A stretch of DNA of 64,000 nucleotides from assembly GCA_044226285.1 (NCBI GenBank), contig JBGAHI010000009.1:965-64964 (forward strand), in the 5' to 3' direction. Position numbers and translations under genes: made by a program. Below the pieces are notes generated by a model. That model had not been told where the DNA came from. It ran no database searches and saw only the letters and a program-made list of their open reading frames with translations. This stretch comes from Chitinophagales bacterium. GTDB lineage: Bacteria > Bacteroidota > Bacteroidia > Chitinophagales > LD1. Positions 27,241 to 37,950 of the stretch are shown in pieces. Position 1 is the first letter of the stretch. Each line of letters opens with the position of its first letter.

Positions 27241-27726
27241 TTATGGAATTTTGTTGCCAATATAGGTACATGTTGTAGAACCTCCCCATTTCGTATACAT
27301 TGCAGAGTAAAGATATCGAACGACATTATTACTCGTATCAAAATCTATAGCTTTTGAGGGTGGACTTATAATATCTCCTTCTAGTCTAAAACTGTTTTTA
27401 TTTCCGCTTAATGGGTAAAATAAATAACCCTGACAATTAATTTTGTCACCAGATAAATTGTCTTTAACAAATTCAAAAGTTACTAATGGGCTATTGACAA
27501 CAGAATCCCAATAAGAGTCTTTAAAGTTTCCTGTACTATCCATCCAAACATTGTGCTTGTAGTAATGTGTGTAGCAACTATATTTTCCAACAATAGCATC
27601 TCGAAAATCGATAGTATCTTTAGGCGTATTGTTGTTTGAATTATTGTTGTTTACAATTTCCTTCTTCTTGCATGAACTTATGATCATCAACAATGCTGTC
27701 ATTAACAAAAAAATCGTTCTAATCAT
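27241..27726 (-). CDS. Hypothetical lipoprotein (paralogue of 27743..28171)
   Basis: Lipobox ISSC-KKKE, Asn-rich linker; start MIRTIF at 27726. Confidence 0.75.
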   Translation of the reverse strand: MIRTIFLLMTALLMIISSCKKKEIVNNNNSNNNTPKDTIDFRDAIVGKYSCYTHYYKHNVWMDSTGNFKDSYWDSVVNSPLVTFEFVKDNLSGDKINCQGYLFYPLSGNKNSFRLEGDIISPPSKAIDFDTSNNVVRYLYSAMYTKWGGSTTCTYIGNKIP

Positions 27727-27742
27727 TTTACTATTGTTTTCA

Positions 27743-28171
27743 TTATTGAATTTTCTCTCCAATATACGTTTTTGACTCTGAGGAGAATTTGGTAGCAGAA
27801 ATAGAATACACGTATTGAATTTTTTTGTGCGACTTATCGAAGGTGATGGATCGTACCGGTCCTCCGGGATATTCACCAACTACATAGAATTCCGTGAGTC
27901 GCGAATCGGTGGGGTAGAATTCAACATTATCTATTCTTATCCTATCACTAGCGCCTCCTTTTTCAATATGTACGGTATTGTAAACGGAATAAATAGTAGT
28001 ATCGCTGCTGCTGCTATTCCAATGCCCTGTACTATCCGGCCCGTTGAAGTTACTTGTATATCTTCTATTGCATTTATAATCGCCAATAATTTGGTTACGG
28101 GTATATTCTTTGCAGCCGGTTAAAGCATATACAATTAAAATCGTAAGGAGCAAAATGGGGGCTTTTTTCAT
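27743..28171 (-). CDS. Hypothetical lipoprotein (paralogue of 27241..27726)
   Basis: Lipobox LTGC-KE; shares IxGxYxC, DSTG, FYP, IxFD, YxYS and YIGxKI motifs with its neighbour. Confidence 0.75.
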   Translation of the reverse strand: MKKAPILLLTILIVYALTGCKEYTRNQIIGDYKCNRRYTSNFNGPDSTGHWNSSSSDTTIYSVYNTVHIEKGGASDRIRIDNVEFYPTDSRLTEFYVVGEYPGGPVRSITFDKSHKKIQYVYSISATKFSSESKTYIGEKIQ

Positions 28172-28329
28172 AATGGAGTAAGTTTCGCTACCGAAAATAC
28201 ACTAAATGCGCCTAAAATTATATGACTTTAGTCTGAATTGTCTTCTTTTCTCTCCATTGTGGATTACTATTTCTGCCAAATTCATTTTGCTAATTAATTT
28301 AGCATCGAATTTCGATAAACGAGAAAAAG

Positions 28330-30216
28330 ATGGCAAAAGAACGGGAAAAGATAGAGGTGGAATACAATGAGGACAATATACGGTCGCTCGATTGGAAAGA
28401 ACACATGCGTATTCGTCCGGGGATGTACATCGGTAAAACCGGTGATGGTTCTTCGGTAGATGATGGAATTTATATTCTCCTTAAAGAGGTAGTAGATAAT
28501 ACAATAGATGAGTATGTGATGGGCTATGGTAACAAGGTAGAAATCACCGTCACCCGCGAAAAAGTTACGGTACGCGATTATGGTCGCGGTATTCCATTAG
28601 GGAAAGTAATCGATTGTGTGTCGCAGATCAATACCGGTGGAAAATACGATTCTAAAGCCTTCAAAAAATCGGTGGGTTTGAACGGGGTGGGTACCAAAGC
28701 GGTGAATGCGCTTTCTGCCTACTTTAAAGTATATGCTGTTCGGGAGGGCGAAATGAAATGCGCTGAATTTGAACGTGGCGAATTGGTGAAGGACCATAAA
28801 GTGGTGAAAACAGACGAGAAGAATGGTACGTATGTAGAGTTCATTCCCGATACCACCATTTTCAAAAACTATCATTTCATCAATGATTATGTGGAGCAGA
28901 TGGTGATGAACTACACCTATCTGAATACGGGATTGGCCTTTCATTTCAACGGACAACGTTTCATTTCGCAAAAGGGATTACACGATTTATTGTCGCGCAA
29001 AAAAGCCGTTGAAAACTTGCGCTACCCAATTATTCACTTAGTGAGCGATGATATTGAAATTGCATTAAGTCACAGTAACCAATACGGTGAAGAGTACTAT
29101 TCGTTTGTGAACGGACAGTATACTGTGCAAGGCGGAACACACTTACAAGCATTTCGCGAAGGGATTGTGAAAGTGGTACGTGAGTTCTACAAAAAAGATT
29201 ACGACACAGTCGATATTCGAGAAGCCATTGTAGCTGCCATTTCCATTCGTATTCAAGAGCCGGTGTTTGAATCGCAAACCAAAACAAAACTCGGAACCGA
29301 GAAATTGTTGGGCGAAGAGAAAACCATGAAAGCCTTTATTTATGAGTTTTTGAAGCAGCATCTCGATAATTACTTGCACAAAAATGCGGAAACGGCTGAT
29401 GCGTTGTTGAAACGAATTTTGCAATCGGAGCGGGAACGAAAAGAGATTGCAGGGATTAAAAAGCTGGCGAATGAACGTGCGAAGAAGGCGAACATTCACA
29501 ACAAAAAATTACGCGATTGCAAACAGCATTTAGGCGATTTGAAATACGAACATCGTTTGCGTACCACCTTGTTTATCACCGAGGGAGATTCTGCAAGTGG
29601 ATCGATTACTAAGTCTAGAAACACTGACTTACAGGCCGTATTCAGTTTGCGCGGTAAGCCGTTGAACTGTCACGGACTCACGAAAAAAATTGTGTACGAA
29701 AACGAAGAGTTCAACTTGTTGCAACACGCGTTGAACATTGAAGATTCGGTAGATGAATTGCGCTACAACAATATTGTTATTGCTACCGATGCCGATGTGG
29801 ATGGTATGCACATTCGCTTATTGATTTTGACTTTCTTCATGCAGTTTTTTCCGGATGTGGTGCGTAACGGGCATGTGAAAATTTTGGAAACACCGTTGTT
29901 CCGGGTGCGAAACAAACAACGTACGGTGTATTGTTATTCGGAAACCGAAAAGCAGCAAGCCATTGCCTCATTCAATAATAAATGCGAGATCACGCGTTTC
30001 AAAGGGTTGGGAGAAATTTCACCGGAAGAGTTTGGCGGATTTATTGGGGAAGATATTCGCTTGTCGCCCGTAATTATCAATGACGACAACGATTTGAAGA
30101 GCATCCTCGATTATTATATGGGAAAAAACACGCAAGAGCGTCAAGATTTCATCATCGACAATTTACGTATCGAAAAAGACGATGCCGAGTTGGAAGTAGA
30201 AATGGAATTAGCATAA
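28330..30216 (+). CDS. parE: DNA topoisomerase IV subunit B
   Basis: [63 protein letters not shown]. Confidence 0.93.
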   Translation: MAKEREKIEVEYNEDNIRSLDWKEHMRIRPGMYIGKTGDGSSVDDGIYILLKEVVDNTIDEYVMGYGNKVEITVTREKVTVRDYGRGIPLGKVIDCVSQINTGGKYDSKAFKKSVGLNGVGTKAVNALSAYFKVYAVREGEMKCAEFERGELVKDHKVVKTDEKNGTYVEFIPDTTIFKNYHFINDYVEQMVMNYTYLNTGLAFHFNGQRFISQKGLHDLLSRKKAVENLRYPIIHLVSDDIEIALSHSNQYGEEYYSFVNGQYTVQGGTHLQAFREGIVKVVREFYKKDYDTVDIREAIVAAISIRIQEPVFESQTKTKLGTEKLLGEEKTMKAFIYEFLKQHLDNYLHKNAETADALLKRILQSERERKEIAGIKKLANERAKKANIHNKKLRDCKQHLGDLKYEHRLRTTLFITEGDSASGSITKSRNTDLQAVFSLRGKPLNCHGLTKKIVYENEEFNLLQHALNIEDSVDELRYNNIVIATDADVDGMHIRLLILTFFMQFFPDVVRNGHVKILETPLFRVRNKQRTVYCYSETEKQQAIASFNNKCEITRFKGLGEISPEEFGGFIGEDIRLSPVIINDDNDLKSILDYYMGKNTQERQDFIIDNLRIEKDDAELEVEMELA

Positions 30217-30237
30217 ACGAATTAGAAAATAGAGCAA

Positions 30238-32838
30238 ATGGAGAATACGAATTTACCCGAAGGCGGGGATAACGAAGCAAAGGTGATACATGTAGATGGC
30301 ATGTTCAAAAATTGGTTTTTGGACTATGCATCGTATGTTATTCTAGAGCGAGCGGTGCCGGCTATTGAAGATGGCTTGAAACCTGTGCAGCGAAGGATTT
30401 TGCATGCATTGTATCAAATGGATGATGGTCGTTTTCATAAAGTAGCGAACGTTATCGGGCAAACCATGCAGTATCACCCGCACGGGGATGCCAGTATTGG
30501 CGATGCATTGGTGAACATTGGACAGAAAGAATTGATGTTCGATACCCAAGGTAACTGGGGCGATGTACGCACAGGCGATAGCGCTGCTGCTCCGCGTTAC
30601 ATTGAGGTGCGTTTGTCGAAATTCGCTAAAGACGTGGCCTTCAACCCCGATACTACGACTTGGCAATTGAGTTATGACGGACGGAAGAAAGAACCCGTTG
30701 TGTTGCCGATGAAATTTCCGTTGTTGTTGTTTCATGGTACCGATGGTATTGCCGTAGGGCTTTCAACGAAAGTAATGCCGCATAACTTTGTGGAGATTTT
30801 GAAAGGCTCGATGGATATTCTCAAAGGCAAGAAACCTAAGCTGTATCCCGATTTCCCGACTGGTGGCTTGGTAGATGTGAGCGAATACAACAGCGGTGGA
30901 CGTGGTGGTAAAATCAAAGTAAGAGCGAAGATTGAAATCGTTGATAAAAAGAATTTATCGATTCGTGAAATTCCGTTTGGAACAACTACTTCATCGTTGA
31001 TTGATTCGATCTTGAAAGCCAATGATAAAGGCAAAATCAAGATTAAAAAAGTAACCGATAGTACGGCTAAGGATGTCGATATTCAAATCGAATTATTGCC
31101 GGGCACCGATCCGGATGTGACCATTGATGCTTTGTATGCCTTTACGGATTGTCAGTATTCCATTTCACCGAATGCCTGTGTAATTGTTGGTGATAAACCG
31201 ATATTCACAACTGTGGATGAGATGTTGCGCATTTCAACCGAGAATACAAAAGAGTTATTACGACAAGAGTTGTTGATTAAGCAGAGCGACTTAAACGAAA
31301 AATGGCATTTCTCTTCCCTCGAAAAAATATTTATTGAGAAGCGCATCTACCGCGACATTGAAGAAGCGGAAACCTGGGAGGCTGTAATCTCTAAGATTGA
31401 TAAAGGTTTGACGCCTTATAAGAAATTGTTCAAACGCGTTATCACCCAAGAAGATATTGTTCGATTAACGGAAATCAAAATCAAACGTATTTCGAAATTC
31501 GATGCCTTTAAAGCTGATGAAGAAATTAGAGGCATTGAAGAAGGCTTGAAGCAAGTGGCTTTCGATTTGGAAAACTTGGTGGAATATGCCATCAATTATT
31601 TCGAAACGTTGTTGAAGAAATACGGTAAAGGTCGCGAGCGAAGAACTGAAATTAAAGGCTTTGAAACCATTGAAGTAAAACAAGTAGTAGCCAACAACAC
31701 TAAGTTGTATGCCAATAGAGCCGAAGGTTTCATTGGAAGCGGTTTGAAAAAAGACGAGTTCATTTGCGAGTGTGCAGATATCGATGATATTATTGCCTTT
31801 ACGCGTTCCGGCAAAATGATGGTGGTGAAAGTTGGCGATAAGAAGTTTATCGGTAAAGACATCATCCACATTGCAGTTTGGAATAAGAGCGATGAGCGTA
31901 CAACCTACAACTATGTGTATTACGATGGTGCTTCGAAACGTACGTATGCTAAGCGTTTCAACGTTTCAGGAGTAACGCGCGATAAAGAATACGATTTAGC
32001 GCAAGGTACAGCAGGTTCAAAAGTGTTGTATTTTACGGCTAATCAAAATGCAGAAACGGAAATTGTGAAAGTGCAATTGCACCCGAATTCTTCTGCTCGT
32101 ATCAAAGAGTTTGAATTCGACTTTGCTGCCTTGGATATTAAAGGTCGTCAGTCTATGGGGAATATTCTCACCAAATTCCCGGTGCGCAAAATTGAATTGA
32201 AAGAGAAAGGTTCATCTTCTATTGGAGGTTTGAAATTGTGGTTCGATAAGAAATTCGGACGTTTGGCTTCCGAAGAGAAAGAATTGTATTTGGGAGAATT
32301 CAACACTGGTGATCGTATTTTAGTGGCTTACAAAGATGGTAATGTGGAGTTAACGAACTTCGAACAGACCAATAAATATGAGCCGGACGATATGTTGTAC
32401 ATCGGCAAGTTCGATCCTCAAAAGCCATATAATGCGGTATATTTTGATGGAGCTTCTAAAAACTATTACGTGAAGCGCTTTTTAGTGGAGTTGAAAACGG
32501 AGCGCAATAAAGTACCTATTGTCACTGAACACAAAGATTCAAAGTTGGCCATTTTCTCCGATGCAAAAGAGGCATTTGTGAAATTCCATTTCTTAAAGGG
32601 AAAGGAAAAAGAGAAGTTAGAAACCGAAGTGAACTTATCGGAAATGATTGATGTAAAAGGATGGAAGGCTCTAGGGAATAGACTTTCGCAACATTTGGTG
32701 ACCGGTAAGTTAGAAGAAGTGGTGAAGGTAGTTGAGCCGGAGGTTGTGGAGGAAACAAAGCCAACTACAACCATTGAGTGGGATATTCAACCGAGCGAGA
32801 TAGCCAAGAAAAAAGGTCAGCAGGGCGATTTATTTTAG
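30238..32838 (+). CDS. parC: DNA topoisomerase IV subunit A
   Basis: FLDYASYVILERAVP, DGLKPVQRRIL, YHPHGDASI, AAPRYIE. Confidence 0.93.
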   Translation: MENTNLPEGGDNEAKVIHVDGMFKNWFLDYASYVILERAVPAIEDGLKPVQRRILHALYQMDDGRFHKVANVIGQTMQYHPHGDASIGDALVNIGQKELMFDTQGNWGDVRTGDSAAAPRYIEVRLSKFAKDVAFNPDTTTWQLSYDGRKKEPVVLPMKFPLLLFHGTDGIAVGLSTKVMPHNFVEILKGSMDILKGKKPKLYPDFPTGGLVDVSEYNSGGRGGKIKVRAKIEIVDKKNLSIREIPFGTTTSSLIDSILKANDKGKIKIKKVTDSTAKDVDIQIELLPGTDPDVTIDALYAFTDCQYSISPNACVIVGDKPIFTTVDEMLRISTENTKELLRQELLIKQSDLNEKWHFSSLEKIFIEKRIYRDIEEAETWEAVISKIDKGLTPYKKLFKRVITQEDIVRLTEIKIKRISKFDAFKADEEIRGIEEGLKQVAFDLENLVEYAINYFETLLKKYGKGRERRTEIKGFETIEVKQVVANNTKLYANRAEGFIGSGLKKDEFICECADIDDIIAFTRSGKMMVVKVGDKKFIGKDIIHIAVWNKSDERTTYNYVYYDGASKRTYAKRFNVSGVTRDKEYDLAQGTAGSKVLYFTANQNAETEIVKVQLHPNSSARIKEFEFDFAALDIKGRQSMGNILTKFPVRKIELKEKGSSSIGGLKLWFDKKFGRLASEEKELYLGEFNTGDRILVAYKDGNVELTNFEQTNKYEPDDMLYIGKFDPQKPYNAVYFDGASKNYYVKRFLVELKTERNKVPIVTEHKDSKLAIFSDAKEAFVKFHFLKGKEKEKLETEVNLSEMIDVKGWKALGNRLSQHLVTGKLEEVVKVVEPEVVEETKPTTTIEWDIQPSEIAKKKGQQGDLF

Positions 32839-32898
32839 GGGGAATAGCTGTTTTGGTCAAATATTTCTATTTTGGAGTATCAAAACCAAGACCAAACC

Positions 32899-33117
32899 AT
32901 GCAATCACAAGACAAAGACATCTTCACCGAGAAGGTTGCCGCAGGAAAGCGGACGTATTTCATTGATTTGAAAGAGAAGCAGAATGGCGATCGTGTATTG
33001 AAAATTACAGAAAGCAGAAAAAATGAAGGCGAGTTCATTCGTTCGACTGTGATGATTTTTCAAGAAGATTTTGAAAAATTCTTCACTGCGCTCGATCGCG
33101 TGAAAGCCGAGATGTAA
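32899..33117 (+). CDS. PUR/DUF3276 family nucleic-acid-binding protein (minimal, 72 aa)
   Basis: GKRTYFIDLKE...LKITESRK...IFQEDFEKF. Confidence 0.85.
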   Translation: MQSQDKDIFTEKVAAGKRTYFIDLKEKQNGDRVLKITESRKNEGEFIRSTVMIFQEDFEKFFTALDRVKAEM

Positions 33118-33118
33118 G

Positions 33119-33544
33119 ATGGCAAGGATAATGGCATTTGATTATGGCAAAAAGCGTGTAGGCATTGCCGTTACCGACCCTTCACAGATTATTGCAACTG
33201 CACTCGATACTGTCGAGACTAAACTTATATTCCCTTTTATTTCGGCTTATGTAGCCAAAGAAAATGTTGAAGCCTTCGTGGTAGGTATGCCCTATAACTT
33301 TGGCCATCAAGAAAACGAGGTGATGAAGTTTGTGGTACAATTTATCAATGAATTGGGTAACAAATTCCCCAACATTCCCATTCACAAAGTAGACGAGCGT
33401 TTTACTTCCAAAATGGCTACAGCCGTTATATTACAAAGCGGAGTGAATCGTAAAGACCGACAAAATAAAGCAACAGTAGATAAAGTGAGCGCTTCGATAC
33501 TTTTGCAGTCGTATATGGAAATGCGCAGTAATAAACCTTTTTAA
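33119..33544 (+). CDS. ruvX: Pre-16S rRNA nuclease / resolvase RuvX (YqgF)
   Basis: MAFDYGKKRVGIAVTD, VVGMP, DERFTS, VDKVSASILLQSY. Confidence 0.93.
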   Translation: MARIMAFDYGKKRVGIAVTDPSQIIATALDTVETKLIFPFISAYVAKENVEAFVVGMPYNFGHQENEVMKFVVQFINELGNKFPNIPIHKVDERFTSKMATAVILQSGVNRKDRQNKATVDKVSASILLQSYMEMRSNKPF

Positions 33545-33590
33545 GCAATTCCAAATAACTATATTCGTACCCGAAAATAACGATACTGAT

Positions 33591-34148
33591 ATGATATTTC
33601 CTATAGTGGCTTATGGCGATCCTGTTTTGCGAAAGAAAGGAGAAGAGATAACGAAAGATTATCCCGAGTTAAGCAAGTTAATTGATGATATGTTTGATAC
33701 CATGCACAAATCGCGTGGTGTGGGTTTGGCGGCTCCGCAAATCGGCAAGGCTATTCGCTTGTTCATTATCGATAGTCGTAAGATGTACGATGAAGGGGAA
33801 GAAGAAAAAGGATTAGAAGAAGTATTTATCAATGCGCAAATTATTGATGAAGAAGGAGAGGAGTGGAGATTTGAAGAAGGATGTTTGAGTATTCCAACCA
33901 TTCGTGAAGATGTTAGTCGTCAGCCGAAAATTACGATTCAATATTACGATCGCAATTTCAAATTTCAAGAGCGTACTTTCGATGATTTAACAGCACGTGT
34001 TATTCAACACGAATATGATCATATAGAAGGTATCTTGTTCATTGACCATTTAAAGCCATTGAAAAAGAGTTTGCTAAAAGGTAAGCTGGAAAAGATTTCT
34101 AAAGGTATGGTAGATGTGAATTACAAGATGAAGTTTCCTAAGAAGTAA
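33591..34148 (+). CDS. def: Peptide deformylase
   Basis: GVGLAAPQIG, EGCLSIP, QHEYDH. Confidence 0.97.
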   Translation: MIFPIVAYGDPVLRKKGEEITKDYPELSKLIDDMFDTMHKSRGVGLAAPQIGKAIRLFIIDSRKMYDEGEEEKGLEEVFINAQIIDEEGEEWRFEEGCLSIPTIREDVSRQPKITIQYYDRNFKFQERTFDDLTARVIQHEYDHIEGILFIDHLKPLKKSLLKGKLEKISKGMVDVNYKMKFPKK

Positions 34149-35331
34149 GCTTGTTTTCTGCTAGGTTTGATGTAAACAAAAGCCAAGCAATCCCTACGAT
34201 GGATGAAATACAAGAACCAATTACGATATACAGTTTCGATTGCTCAATGAGCGTATTATTGGTGAAAGCCAATAAGGTTACAAAAATCGACATGGTGAAC
34301 CCTATTCCGCCCAATACGGCCATTCCTGCTATTTGATTCCATGTTACCCTTTCCGGTAGTTTGCCTAAGTTCATTTTCACACTTAGGTAGGAGAAAAGAA
34401 AAATACCAATGGTTTTACCGAGTACCAATCCTAGTATAATGCCTAAGGCTAAAGGGGAGCCAATTTCAGCAATATATTGCGGTTGAATATGAATAGCTGT
34501 GTTGCAAAAAGCAAAGAGAGGTAAAACGAAATAATTAACTGGTCGTTCCAAGAAATGTGTAAGTTGTTGGAATGATGAATGTTCATTCTCTTCATCTAAC
34601 GGAATGAAAAAAGCCAACAACACACCTGCAACTGTTGCATGCACACCGCTCATGGCTACAGTAATCCATAAAAATAGACCTGCTATTAAATACACCCAAA
34701 GTGTTTTGATATCGGCTTTATTTAAAATGAAAAGCAATAAAAGAATGCCAGCTGCTGCAATTAATGCGATGTAATTCAATTGTGCAGTATAGAAGATGGC
34801 AATCACCAACACAGCGCCTAAATCATCTACAACAGCCAGAGTAGTGAGTAAAACAATTAGGTTTTTGTTCACGCGGTGTTTAATCAATTGCAATACCGCT
34901 AACGCAAAGGCAATATCTGTTGCCATTGGAATGGCCCAACCCGAGGCTGATGCTTTTCCAATATTAAACAGCAAAAAAATGAGTGCGGGGAAAACCATGC
35001 CTCCAATCGCAGCGGCAAAGGGCACTGCAGCGGTTTTAAAATCGGAAAGTGAACCACTCAGTAATTCGCGTTTTATTTCTAAGCCAACTAATAAGAAGAA
35101 GAAACTCATCAATACATCGTTGATGAATGCTTCAGTAGTAAATTGTAGTGTGCTAATTTGAAATGAATTGTGCCAAACGGCTGCAAAAGAATCACTCCAA
35201 ATAGAATTCGCCAACAGCAAAGAAATAATAGCGCTAGTGATAACAATATTACCCGATGCGGTTAATATTTGCGCAAACGATTGGAATTGTTGCTGGGTTA
35301 GAGAAAGGATTTTTTTAGTGGTTTTTCGCAT
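34138..35331 (-). CDS. nhaA: Na+/H+ antiporter NhaA
   Basis: INDVLMSFFFLLVGLEIKRE, GWAIPMATDIAF, LAVVDDLGA, GIGFTMSIF. Confidence 0.95.
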   Translation of the reverse strand: MRKTTKKILSLTQQQFQSFAQILTASGNIVITSAIISLLLANSIWSDSFAAVWHNSFQISTLQFTTEAFINDVLMSFFFLLVGLEIKRELLSGSLSDFKTAAVPFAAAIGGMVFPALIFLLFNIGKASASGWAIPMATDIAFALAVLQLIKHRVNKNLIVLLTTLAVVDDLGAVLVIAIFYTAQLNYIALIAAAGILLLLFILNKADIKTLWVYLIAGLFLWITVAMSGVHATVAGVLLAFFIPLDEENEHSSFQQLTHFLERPVNYFVLPLFAFCNTAIHIQPQYIAEIGSPLALGIILGLVLGKTIGIFLFSYLSVKMNLGKLPERVTWNQIAGMAVLGGIGFTMSIFVTLLAFTNNTLIEQSKLYIVIGSCISSIVGIAWLLFTSNLAENKLTS

Positions 35332-35344
35332 CGCAACCTAAAGC

Positions 35345-37267
35345 TTATAATCCTGTTACAACAAACTCGGTTCTTCTGTTTTTCTGTTTGCCTTCTTCCG
35401 TTTTGTTATCGGCAATAGGTTTTGATGAACCGTACCCTTTTGCACTCATTCGGGTAGCCTCAATACCATTGGTAATCAAGTATTCCATTACAGCCTTTGC
35501 TCTATTTTCCGAAAGTATTTTATTCTCACTTTCAATGCCTGAATTATCGGTATGTCCGCTCAACTCAATTTTCATGGTCGGATTTTTTTTCATTAAATCT
35601 ACTAAGGTATTCAGTTCTGTCTTTGATACATCGCGCAATTCGTATTTATTCACTTCAAAGAAAATGTTGTTCAATACCACCGATTTTCCCACTTCAATTT
35701 TCTTTAAATAAATATCCAATTGGTAAGGTTCGTTTTTGGTGAAATTCTTCAACGAGAAGTTTGCGGAATAAAACAGATATCCTTCTTTGCTTACTTGACA
35801 AGCATAGTCGTTACCATACGGAATAGTAGCCAAGAATTCACCACTTGTATTGTCTGACGTTAACGAACCATAAAGGTTTCCTCCATTGCTAATGTCAAAC
35901 AATTGAATGTTTGTTTTGATAGGCGCTTTCGTCATTTCATCAAACACTCTTCCTTTGATGTAGGTTACGTGTTGTGGTTGAACACTTTCATCCAATTCAA
36001 ATTTATAAATGTCCATACCTCCAAATCCACCTGGGCGTTCAGAGCCAATGTAGGCTGTGTTTCCATCAGTAGTAATACATATTCCAATCTCTTCTCCGGG
36101 TGTATTAATGGGGAACCCTAAATTAACCGGTGCGCCCCAATGGCCTGCTGCATCACGTTTTGAATAAAAGAAATCGGCATGTCCGAAGCCTGGGTGTCCA
36201 TCGGAAGAGAAGTACAATGTTTTATCATCCGGGTGAATGAACGGACGTTCTTCATCTTTTTCAGTATTAATTGTTGGTCCTAAGTTTTCCGGCTTCGACC
36301 ACATAAAATCGTCTCCTAACGTTGTTTTATAAATGTCTAGCCCACCATAACCACCAATTCTGCGCGAAGCAAAATATACGGTTTTCCCATCAGCCGATAA
36401 GCAGGGTTGAATATCCCAACCCGGACAATTTACTTTGTTACCAAGGTTTTTCGGACGATCCCATCCTCCGGTAACTTTTTTGGTATAGTAAATATCGCAA
36501 TCGCCAACAGCATCGGGTCTACCACACGAGGTGAAAAATAAATATCTACCACTTGGCGAAACACACGTAGCGCCTTCAAAATATTCATCGGTTGAAATTG
36601 GTCGACCCACTAACTCGGCTTGTTGAAATGCTCCGCCTCTATTTTCACTGGAAAAAATATTTTCATCAATCACCCGTCCGATTTTTTCATCACGCGTGAA
36701 ATACACAAATCGCTCATCGGCAGTTACGGATGGCATCAATTCATCATCTGCTGTATTAACGCCTTCCCCTAAGTTAATTGGATTGAATTTTTTCGGAACC
36801 ATTGACGCTTCTGCGGCAAAATCACAACTTTTTACGCGGTTAGTAATTTCATTTTTTTCGCCTTCCGATAAGGCACCTGTTTCAACAGTGTTGAATATGG
36901 CTTTGGCTTCTTTGTATTTTCCTGCATACATATACGCATCACCACGCATCATGTCGAGATTCTTATTGTAGTTAGGTTTCAATTCTTTTACCTTATCGAA
37001 ACATATAGCAGCCGAATCATATTTTTTTAAGTTATCAAAATACACTTTACCCATTAACCACCAACCGTCAACAAATTTAGGTTGACGGTTAACGATACCT
37101 TTAAGCATGTCAATGGCTTGCACACTTTTACCTAAAGCATAAGCATTATCGGCTTGTTGGTAATCGTCTTTCAAATTCTTACTGGCATTGCTCAGTGTTA
37201 CTACTTGCGCAGTGGAACACATGCTTAAAAGCAAAATCAGTAGGCTCGAAACAAAAAATTTATTCAT
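35345..37267 (-). CDS. TPR + PD40 + OmpA-domain protein (PorE-like architecture)
   Basis: N-terminal TPRs, repeated NLGxxVNT/PD40 units, C-terminal SGHTDN...LSENRA...NRRTEF. Confidence 0.9.
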   Translation of the reverse strand: MNKFFVSSLLILLLSMCSTAQVVTLSNASKNLKDDYQQADNAYALGKSVQAIDMLKGIVNRQPKFVDGWWLMGKVYFDNLKKYDSAAICFDKVKELKPNYNKNLDMMRGDAYMYAGKYKEAKAIFNTVETGALSEGEKNEITNRVKSCDFAAEASMVPKKFNPINLGEGVNTADDELMPSVTADERFVYFTRDEKIGRVIDENIFSSENRGGAFQQAELVGRPISTDEYFEGATCVSPSGRYLFFTSCGRPDAVGDCDIYYTKKVTGGWDRPKNLGNKVNCPGWDIQPCLSADGKTVYFASRRIGGYGGLDIYKTTLGDDFMWSKPENLGPTINTEKDEERPFIHPDDKTLYFSSDGHPGFGHADFFYSKRDAAGHWGAPVNLGFPINTPGEEIGICITTDGNTAYIGSERPGGFGGMDIYKFELDESVQPQHVTYIKGRVFDEMTKAPIKTNIQLFDISNGGNLYGSLTSDNTSGEFLATIPYGNDYACQVSKEGYLFYSANFSLKNFTKNEPYQLDIYLKKIEVGKSVVLNNIFFEVNKYELRDVSKTELNTLVDLMKKNPTMKIELSGHTDNSGIESENKILSENRAKAVMEYLITNGIEATRMSAKGYGSSKPIADNKTEEGKQKNRRTEFVVTGL

Positions 37268-37286
37268 GTTTTGGATTTCAAATGCG

Positions 37287-37898
37287 TTATGGAATGTTCA
37301 TGTATTTGTGCACTTGCAACGAAATTTTCCATTGCTGATGCTCTTTAACATACTCGATGATAAGCGGCAATAACTCTTCTTCCTGTTCCCATTCGGGTTG
37401 AAGATAGCGTTTGCATTGTGGCGAAACTTGTGCTGCATATTCTTCAGCAAATCGAAAATCGTTCCTATGGTTGATAATCATCTTCAATTCATGCGCTTTT
37501 AACATGTTTTCCGATAATGGAAGTTTATAGCGTTTCGGTGAAATGGTTATCCAATCAAACTGTCCGCGCATTGGATAGCATGCGGCTGTTTCAATATTGA
37601 CCTGAATATTTTCAGCATGCAGGGCAGCTGTTAAAGGTGTTAAATCGTGCATGGAGGGCTCGCCTCCGGTAATCACTACCAGCTTGGCTTCTGCTTCCTT
37701 AACCCATCCAACAATTTCATCAACGGAGAATTTCGAATGCGCATCTACCTCCCACGATTCTTTTACATCGCACCACGGGCATTGCACATCACAACCTCCC
37801 AAGCGAACAAAATAAGCTGCATTGCCTTGATAATAGCCTTCTCCCTGGATGGTGTAGAAGTGCTCCATAACGGGCAACAAAGAAGAAGTTAGATTCAC
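37287..37898 (-). CDS. queE: 7-carboxy-7-deazaguanine synthase (radical SAM)
   Basis: FYTIQGEG, FVRLGGCDVQCPWCD, VITGGEP, LQPEW, SLQVHK. Confidence 0.93.
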   Translation of the reverse strand: MNLTSSLLPVMEHFYTIQGEGYYQGNAAYFVRLGGCDVQCPWCDVKESWEVDAHSKFSVDEIVGWVKEAEAKLVVITGGEPSMHDLTPLTAALHAENIQVNIETAACYPMRGQFDWITISPKRYKLPLSENMLKAHELKMIINHRNDFRFAEEYAAQVSPQCKRYLQPEWEQEEELLPLIIEYVKEHQQWKISLQVHKYMNIP

Positions 37899-37950
37899 AG
37901 ATAACAGTATTCAAAACTATGCTTTGCAGTATAGTTTTGCGTGCAAAGCA

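Noticed and set aside
28330-32838. gyrB/gyrA
   Set aside because: Short B subunit with GLNGVG and A subunit with FLDYASYVI fit the Bacteroidetes topoisomerase IV type; no GyrA box seen
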